In this document: one piece after another, positions 39,518 through 45,981 of the stretch
How the letters are laid out: every line of letters begins with the position of its first letter
How positions within the stretch are numbered: position 1 is the stretch's first letter
Origin: Candidatus Dormibacteria bacterium
GTDB lineage: Bacteria; Chloroflexota; Dormibacteria; DASZGP01
Length of the DNA stretch: 45,981 bases
Direction of reading: 5' to 3'
Assembly: GCA_046262515.1 (NCBI GenBank)
Contig: JBHEMP010000070.1
Coordinates: 1-45,981, forward strand
Program-made: the position numbers and the translations under genes
Notes under the pieces: model-generated
What the model saw: the letters and a program-made list of their open reading frames with translations, nothing else
The model's database searches: none
Told to the model about the DNA's origin: nothing

Positions 39518-41244
39518 ACTACGACAAAAAGCCATCGATCCCCATGGGCGATGCATCGATTTGCGCTGTCGGCTGGGAGGCCGTTGCGAGCCGCATAGTC
39601 GCCGGCTCGCCCCGGCTGGTCGTGGTCGAGGTTTTCCCGGGGGTCAGTGACGAGGACACCCGCGAGCTGGTGCGGCGGCTTGGCGCGGGCGCAGTCTTTG
39701 AGACCTCCGACGCCCTGCTGCCGCCCGAGCAGGTCGATGCACTGGTCCTGCCGGAGCTGACCGACGACCGCGTGTTTGGGAAGTTGAGCAGGCTTCAGAT
39801 GCGGGACTTCTTCGACCCCGGGAAACTGGCCCGGCTGGCACAGCAGGTTGCGTCCGAAGCGGGACGGGTTGTCGTCGTCGGCCCGGGCGCTTCGCTGGTC
39901 GCCCGTGGCGACGTCACGGTGCTTGCCGAGATGCCGCGCTGGGAGACCCAGCTTCGCCAGCGACGAGGAGAGGTGGGCAACCTTGGCGCGGCCAACCAGG
40001 GCGAAGGGGCATCCCAGCTTTACAAACGCAGCTACTTCATCGACTGGAGGGTGTGCGACCGGCACAAGAAAGCGCGCTGGGCGGACTTCGACCACTTCCT
40101 CGACAGCACCATCCCCTCGAGCCCCCGGCTGATCAGCCGCGACGCGATGGAGCGCGCGCTGGACGTCGTCGCCTCGCGGCCATTCCGCGTGGTCCCCTAC
40201 TTCGACCCGGCGCCGTGGGGCGGCGAGTGGATGCGGCGGGTCTGCGAGCTGGACCCACGCCCGCCGAATTTCGGCTGGTGCTTCGACTGTGTTCCCGAGG
40301 AGAATTCGCTCCTCCTGGATTTCGACGGCAACCAGTTCGAGACGCCCGCGGCGAACCTGGTCTTCCAGCGCCCGCGGCAACTACTCGGGGAGACTGTGGA
40401 ACGCCGCTTTGGAGCCGAGTTCCCGATTCGGTTCGACTTCTTGGACACCATGGGGGGCGGCAACCTGTCGTTGCAGGTGCATCCCCTGACGGCGTACATC
40501 CGGGAGCATTTCGGGGTCCGGTACACCCAGGACGAGAGCTACTACATGCTGGACGCGGCGCCCGAGGGCAGCGTTTTTCTCGGCCTGCGCGAGGGCGTCG
40601 ACCGGGAACGCTTCGCCGCTGACCTGCGGCGGGCGGAGGCCGGCGAAATCAGTTTCCCGGCAGATGAATACGTGAACAAATTCCCCGCCAGGCGCCATGA
40701 CCATTTCCTCATCCCGGCCGGCACCATCCACTGCTCCGGCGCGGGCGGGATGGTGCTGGAGATCAGCGCCACCCCCTACATCTTCACCTTCAAGCTCTGG
40801 GACTGGGATCGGCTCGGCCTCGACGGCCTGCCTCGCCCCATCAACGTGGAGCACGGGCTGCGAAACATCCAGTGGGACCGGGACACCAACTTCGCGCTGC
40901 GTGAGCTGGTCAACCACGTGGTGCCGGTCGCCGAAGGCCCCGGCTGGTCCGAGGAGCGCACCGGACTGCACCCGACCGAGTTCATCGAGACCCGCCGCCA
41001 CTGGTTCACGGGAACGGCTCCGCATCCCCACGACGACGCCGGGGTGAACGTCCTCAACCTCGTCGAGGGGACGGAGGCGATCGTGGAATCCCCTGACAAC
41101 GCGTTCAGCCCCTACGTCGTGCACTACGCCGAGACATTCATCGTCCCTGCGGCGGCCGGTCCCTACGCGATCCGGCCCTCAGGAGACCGCGCCGTCGCCG
41201 GCCACGCCACCATCAAGGCTTTCGTCCGAACCGCGACCGCCTGA
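39514..41244 (+). CDS. Class I mannose-6-phosphate-isomerase-like cupin protein (long form)
   Basis: PWGG, LSLQVHP, QDESYY, IPAGTIH and LEIS; coupled to the ROK gene by a TTGA overlap. Confidence 0.85.
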   Translation: MNYDKKPSIPMGDASICAVGWEAVASRIVAGSPRLVVVEVFPGVSDEDTRELVRRLGAGAVFETSDALLPPEQVDALVLPELTDDRVFGKLSRLQMRDFFDPGKLARLAQQVASEAGRVVVVGPGASLVARGDVTVLAEMPRWETQLRQRRGEVGNLGAANQGEGASQLYKRSYFIDWRVCDRHKKARWADFDHFLDSTIPSSPRLISRDAMERALDVVASRPFRVVPYFDPAPWGGEWMRRVCELDPRPPNFGWCFDCVPEENSLLLDFDGNQFETPAANLVFQRPRQLLGETVERRFGAEFPIRFDFLDTMGGGNLSLQVHPLTAYIREHFGVRYTQDESYYMLDAAPEGSVFLGLREGVDRERFAADLRRAEAGEISFPADEYVNKFPARRHDHFLIPAGTIHCSGAGGMVLEISATPYIFTFKLWDWDRLGLDGLPRPINVEHGLRNIQWDRDTNFALRELVNHVVPVAEGPGWSEERTGLHPTEFIETRRHWFTGTAPHPHDDAGVNVLNLVEGTEAIVESPDNAFSPYVVHYAETFIVPAAAGPYAIRPSGDRAVAGHATIKAFVRTATA

Positions 41245-41946
41245 CACTTCAGCGTACTTTGCGCCCGGGGCAAAAGCATGGGGCTGTCGCCCGCTGAGGT
41301 CGCTGAGCAGCCGCACCAGGGGGGGACCGAGATGGGCTTCAATGGCGCTCGCGACGGCGTTGGAGTCGCCCGCCGCCAGGGCCGCCAAAATCACACGATG
41401 CCCGCGGATGGCATCGCGGATCTGACGCTGCGACATTGGCACAAGGTACCGTGCGCGGTTCACGTGGATCCACGCCCGCCGCACCGCCTCGCTGGCGCGA
41501 GGGTTGTCTGCCGCCGCCATGATGCTGGCGTGGAAGGCCTCATCCGCCGCCAAAAAGCGCAGCCAATCGCCACTCGATGCCGCCTCGCGCTGAACGGAGA
41601 TGAGGCGGTCGAGCTCGCGGAAGTCAAGGGGCATCGAGGCGTCGATGACCCGGCGTGCCATCTGGACCTCCAGGGCCTGGCGCACAGCCATGTTGTCGAT
41701 GATGTCGCGCGGGTCGAGCGGCGCGACGTAGGTGCCGCGCTTGGGCACAGCGACAATCAGGCCTTCGGCGGCGAGCCGGTGCAGTGCCTGCCGGAACGGC
41801 GTTCGGCTCATGCCCAACCTCGCGGCCTCAGCGCGCTCGTTGATCGGCGACCCGGGGGCCAGGGCACAGGAGCCGATGTCCCGGGCAAGTTGTTCGTAAG
41901 CCGTCTCGCTGATGCTCACACCCCCGCTGGCCATTGCCGTGCTCAT
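41179..41946 (-). CDS. GntR/FadR (FCD) transcriptional regulator
   Basis: LGMSRTPFRQAL, PKRG, DEAFH, N and H of the FCD domain. Confidence 0.9.
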   Translation of the reverse strand: MSTAMASGGVSISETAYEQLARDIGSCALAPGSPINERAEAARLGMSRTPFRQALHRLAAEGLIVAVPKRGTYVAPLDPRDIIDNMAVRQALEVQMARRVIDASMPLDFRELDRLISVQREAASSGDWLRFLAADEAFHASIMAAADNPRASEAVRRAWIHVNRARYLVPMSQRQIRDAIRGHRVILAALAAGDSNAVASAIEAHLGPPLVRLLSDLSGRQPHAFAPGAKYAEVSGGRGSDESLDGGVAGDGAVS

Positions 41947-43610
41947 GAGCGCAGGAAGAGGTTCGCGAAGAGCCGGCTGTTGCGGTCCTGGTCGGCCTCG
42001 TTGCCGGCACCGTCCAGTCCGCCCAGGGTGGTGTTGACGCCCTGGTAGCGCGTGTCCGTCCAGAGCGGGATCGAGGGCAGGTTGACCCCGAGGTTTCGCT
42101 CGATCTCGGCGAAGACCTCACGCCGAGCGCTGCGGGTCGCCGCGTACGTAGCGAGCGTGAGTCCCCGCTCTCGCTGCAGCAGGGCCAACAGGCCTGGGTC
42201 GGCGTACCCGGTGCCGGAGTACGCAGATCCCGGGGCGGGGTCGACCGGGGCGGTGAGGAAGTCCGACAAGTCGGGGTCCAGGCCCAGCCCCGTGGAGCCG
42301 AGGGCGAGGTCGAAGTCGCCACGGGCGAGGCGGTCCTGGAGGCCGAAGCGGCTGAGCTCCTCGGGCCTTACCTGGATGCCCACCTTGCGCAGCGAATCCG
42401 CGACGCGCCGGGCAGCGTCCTTCACATGAGGGTCTCCCTGTTCGAAGACCAGCGACGTGCTCAGGCGCTGTGCCTGCCGCGCCAGGATGCCGTCGGCCCC
42501 GGCCGCCCAACCTGCGCCACGGAGCAGCGCAGTCGCCCGGGCGGTGTCCTGTCGGTAGCGGGTGACCGCGGCCGAATCGAAGGCCCACGACGTCGGACTG
42601 ACGAACCCCCATGCCGCGCTTCCCCTGCCGCCGGTGGCGGCACGCACCAGTGCCTCGCGGTCAAACGTCAACGCCACAGCCTGCCGCGTGGGAACGTCGC
42701 CGAAGAGCCGGCCGGGACGGGTGTTGAACCGCAGGTCGTGGAGGCCCAGGTCCGGGTAACTGGTCACGCGCACCCCCACCGTGCCCCGGACCCGGTCGGC
42801 GGCGGCGGCGGTCAAACCCTGGTCCCACGTCAGTTGTGCGTTGGCCAGCGCATCCGCGGCGCTGAGGGGATCACGAACAATGATCTCGCGGAGGGTGTCG
42901 ATGACCGCCCGCCCACCGTAGTACACGGGATTGGCGCGCAGCTCGATGCCCAGTCCCTCCGTGCGGCGGACGAACTTGAACGGACCGCCACTGACCGACG
43001 GCGTGCTGCCAAAAATGCCCTGGCTCATTTTTTTGATATCCACCTGGGCGAGCACGTGGCGCGGCACGACGGGCATCACCAACTGCTCCGCGAGAAAGGC
43101 CGCGTCGGGGGCCTTGAGGGTGAAGCGCACGGTGGTGTCGTCGACCCGGGTGACGGCTGCCAGGGGGCTCCAGTCGAAGCGGGCGCGGGTGTCCAGGTCG
43201 GGGTTGGCCTCGGTCTGCACGGTGTAGACAACGTCGTCAGCACCCATGGGTTTGCCGTCGCTCCAGCGCGCCCCCGGGCGCAGCCGTACCGTCCAGTCGA
43301 GGCCGCTGGCAGAGATTTCCGGCATGGCGGCGGCAAGGTCGGGCGAAACCACCTGGTGTGCGTCCACCTGGTACAGGTTGGGGAACATCGGCGAATAGGC
43401 GCGCACCGAGGAAACATCGCCGGCGACAAGCGGGTTGAGGGAGCCGGGCTCGGCGTCGAGGGCGAGGATCACGAGGCCACCGGTGCGCGCGTGGGTGGGC
43501 TGGTCGCCCGCGCCGGCGGGGCCGCACGCCGCCAGCGCGATGCCCAGCAGAGTCAGCGCCACGCGGAGGTCGGCCCACCGCCGGCCCCCACCCGTGTTTC
43601 GCGCACGCAT
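41943..43610 (-). CDS. Family-5 ABC solute-binding lipoprotein
   Basis: Lipobox LAAC, LNP, PDLA, WSDG.P..ADDV.YT, GGPF and NP.YY; start uncertain. Confidence 0.88.
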   Translation of the reverse strand: MRARNTGGGRRWADLRVALTLLGIALAACGPAGAGDQPTHARTGGLVILALDAEPGSLNPLVAGDVSSVRAYSPMFPNLYQVDAHQVVSPDLAAAMPEISASGLDWTVRLRPGARWSDGKPMGADDVVYTVQTEANPDLDTRARFDWSPLAAVTRVDDTTVRFTLKAPDAAFLAEQLVMPVVPRHVLAQVDIKKMSQGIFGSTPSVSGGPFKFVRRTEGLGIELRANPVYYGGRAVIDTLREIIVRDPLSAADALANAQLTWDQGLTAAAADRVRGTVGVRVTSYPDLGLHDLRFNTRPGRLFGDVPTRQAVALTFDREALVRAATGGRGSAAWGFVSPTSWAFDSAAVTRYRQDTARATALLRGAGWAAGADGILARQAQRLSTSLVFEQGDPHVKDAARRVADSLRKVGIQVRPEELSRFGLQDRLARGDFDLALGSTGLGLDPDLSDFLTAPVDPAPGSAYSGTGYADPGLLALLQRERGLTLATYAATRSARREVFAEIERNLGVNLPSIPLWTDTRYQGVNTTLGGLDGAGNEADQDRNSRLFANLFLRS

Positions 43611-43702
43611 CTCCCAGGCTGATCCCGCGCCGACCCCAGTCAGCCTGCCCGCCACGGCCTTCATCCAGTTGTGGTATACCACGAACTGCGGGATGAAGTG
43701 TC

Positions 43703-45981
43703 GTGGCTGAAACGGGTGCACTCGCGCCCGGCGCAGGTGAACTGAACCGGGGACGCGGTCCGCGACAGCGGCTGGCGCTGACGCGGTCAAACCTGGACGT
43801 ACTGCTCATGCTCGCGGTCCTCGTGGCGCTGCTCGGGCTTCCCCGGGGTGTGCTGGCGCGCGGCATCGTCCAGGGGGCCGCTTACTCCCTGCAGGCCCTG
43901 GCGGTGGTCCTGGTATTCCGCAGCAACCGGGTGATCAACTTCGCCCAGGTCTCGTTCGGCGCCATGGCCGCCGTCCTCTTCGCGATCCTGGTGGGCAGAC
44001 TGCAGTTCCTCCACCTGCTCGAACCGATCTGTCCGCCCTGCCTGGCGGGGGCGGTCAGCGCCCCCCCACCGCTGGCGGTGGCCATAAATTTCTGGATCAG
44101 CGCGGCGGTCGCGCTGGGTGTGGCAGGGCTAAGCGGGTACCTCAGCTACGTCGTCGTTCTGAGCCGCCTGAGCAAGGCGCCAAGGCTGGTGCTGACGGTG
44201 GCCACCATCGCCGTCGCCCAGTTGCTCGCCAGCTTCGCGGCGGGGCTACCGCAGCTATTTATCAGCCGTGGCCCCAACGGGGACGTCCAGACGGCAACCG
44301 CCTTTTTGGGCAAGGTTGCCATCCCCCTCGAAATGACGGTCAATATCAGCGGGACCCTCTTCCACGCGTCCGATGTTCTGACGGTTGTTGCCGCCGCGCT
44401 CGTCGGGCTCGGGCTGACCGCATTCTTCCTGCGCAGCCGGGTGGGAATCTCCATCCGGGCCAGCGCCGACAACCCTGCCCGCGCCCAGACGCTGGGCGTC
44501 AACGTGGGCAGCCAGACAGCACTGGTGTGGTTGGTCGCGGGCCTGCTCTCTGGGATCGGGGCGATCCTGTCGGCGACCGGCGGCGGAGTCGACAGCACCA
44601 CCGCGCTCAGTACGGCGGGGCTCGCTCGCATCCTGCTCATCGCCGTGGCCGCTCGCTTCTCGAGCCTGCCACTCACCGTGCTCGCCGCCGTCACCCTGGG
44701 GGTGGGGGAACAGGGTTTCTTTGCCACCTTCAACGCGCCGACACTGTTCGAGGGCCTGCTCGTGGTTGGCATCGCGGTGTTCCTGCTGCTGCAGCGGCGG
44801 GGTGGCTCGCGGGCGCTAGCGGAGGTCAGGGAGTCGTGGCTCGCGGCGAGGGAGCTTCGCGCCGTGCCGCGGGAGCTTGCGCACGTGCACGTGGTCGAGA
44901 ATTACCGGCGCTACGGTGCTGCGGCGGGGGTGGTCGCCATTCTGCTCTACCCCTTTGTCATGGCCCCGAGCCAGGTAACCCTCGGCTCGGTGATCCTGGT
45001 CTACGGCATTCTGGGCGTATCGCTGCTGGTGCTGACAGGGTGGGCCGGCCAGATCAGTCTCGGGCATTTCGGGTTCGCGGCCATTGGCGGCTATGTCGCG
45101 GCCGTGCTGGCGGCCAACTATTCGGTGCCCTTTCCCGTGTGCCTGGTGGCGGCGGGGCTGGCGGGGTCCGTGGCAGCCGTGGCGGTGGGACTGCCCGCGC
45201 TGCGCCTGACGGGCCTGAACCTCGCGGTGGTCACGCTGGCGCTGGCGCTGACGGTCACGGACGTGCTGCTCAACCGCACCTACCTCGGCGGCATCCTGCC
45301 GCAGGCCATCCCCCGCCCGCTGCTGCTGGGCATCGACCTCAACGACGACCGCGCCTATTTCTATGTGTCACTGCTTGTGCTCGCGCTGGTGGTGGCCGTC
45401 ACCATGGCCATGCGCAGAAGCCGCACCGCCCGGGCGCTGATCGCCTGCCGGGACAACGAGGAGGCCGCCCAGTCCCTTGGTATCAACCTCTTCCGCACCA
45501 GGCTTGGCGCCTTTGCCATCTCGGGCTTCCTGGCGGCGCTGGGCGGCGGTCTCTTTGTTTTCCAGCAGCGCGGGCTGCAGCCGCTGGACTTCGCCCCGCA
45601 GGTGAGTATCGGGATCTTCCTGATGGTCGTCATCGGCGGGCTGGGGAACATCGCCGGGCCGATCCTCGGGGCGGCCTATATCGGCGTTGTCAGCGCGATC
45701 CCGGGGCAGGTCGGGAGCCTCTTCGCCACCGGCGCGGGGGTCCTCTTCCTGCTCCTCGTGGCGCCGGGCGGGTTGGCGCAGCTGGCCTTCGGGGCGCGCG
45801 ACGCCTTCCTGCGCCGGGTGGCCATCCGCCACCGCATCTCAGTGCCCAGCCTGCTGGGTGACCGGGCCCTGGATGCCGACGCCCCGGCACCCATCCTGCC
45901 CAACCAGCGCGCCGGAGGCGGCACCGCCTTCGTGCCCCGTCGCTACCAACTCGAGCCCGGCCCGGAGCCCGCGCCCGGTGG
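43703..45981 (+). CDS. Fused LivH-LivM branched-chain-type ABC permease, 3'-truncated by window
   Basis: Read manually (absent from the ORF track): VLVFRSNRVINFAQ, GWAGQISLGH, L.G.NLAVVTL, RDNEEAA.SLGI and MVVIGGLG in one frame. Start is between 43703 and 43808. Confidence 0.85.
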   Translation, partial: MAETGALAPGAGELNRGRGPRQRLALTRSNLDVLLMLAVLVALLGLPRGVLARGIVQGAAYSLQALAVVLVFRSNRVINFAQVSFGAMAAVLFAILVGRLQFLHLLEPICPPCLAGAVSAPPPLAVAINFWISAAVALGVAGLSGYLSYVVVLSRLSKAPRLVLTVATIAVAQLLASFAAGLPQLFISRGPNGDVQTATAFLGKVAIPLEMTVNISGTLFHASDVLTVVAAALVGLGLTAFFLRSRVGISIRASADNPARAQTLGVNVGSQTALVWLVAGLLSGIGAILSATGGGVDSTTALSTAGLARILLIAVAARFSSLPLTVLAAVTLGVGEQGFFATFNAPTLFEGLLVVGIAVFLLLQRRGGSRALAEVRESWLAARELRAVPRELAHVHVVENYRRYGAAAGVVAILLYPFVMAPSQVTLGSVILVYGILGVSLLVLTGWAGQISLGHFGFAAIGGYVAAVLAANYSVPFPVCLVAAGLAGSVAAVAVGLPALRLTGLNLAVVTLALALTVTDVLLNRTYLGGILPQAIPRPLLLGIDLNDDRAYFYVSLLVLALVVAVTMAMRRSRTARALIACRDNEEAAQSLGINLFRTRLGAFAISGFLAALGGGLFVFQQRGLQPLDFAPQVSIGIFLMVVIGGLGNIAGPILGAAYIGVVSAIPGQVGSLFATGAGVLFLLLVAPGGLAQLAFGARDAFLRRVAIRHRISVPSLLGDRALDADAPAPILPNQRAGGGTAFVPRRYQLEPGPEPAPG

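Overview
High-GC bacterial chromosomal window, mostly core and metabolic genes. Many genes appear leaderless. Gene content suggests a soil Terrabacteria lineage (Actinomycetota/Chloroflexota/Dormibacterota-like; inference only). The left third holds a dispersed set of ethylmalonyl-CoA (EMC) pathway genes: acyl-CoA dehydrogenase plus MaoC hydratase, an acyl-CoA mutase large subunit, crotonyl-CoA carboxylase/reductase, a CitE-type CoA-ester lyase coupled to ATP-PEPCK, and 3-hydroxyacyl-CoA dehydrogenase plus F420:NADPH oxidoreductase. The middle has a type IB topoisomerase, an OmpR/histidine kinase pair, tusA-ccdA, a beta-propeller, an orphan RnfD-like protein, marP, purA, dnaB and rplI. The right part has peptidases, a YbdK ligase, CHAP, GT4, a sugar-use locus (CE7, GH78-like, ROK, PMI-like, GntR, family-5 SBP) and a truncated Liv-type permease. 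The most unusual signals are non-coding. Two back-to-back long-stem structured elements lie at 14821-15266, with G-U pairing that points to opposite strands. A 212-bp hairpin-rich element with perfect 18-bp terminal inverted repeats sits between the response regulator and kinase, and a partial copy of it supplies the RBS and start codon of the hbd-like gene. No CRISPR array, tRNA, rRNA or transposase was recognised. All calls are from reading motifs by eye; no database searches were run.
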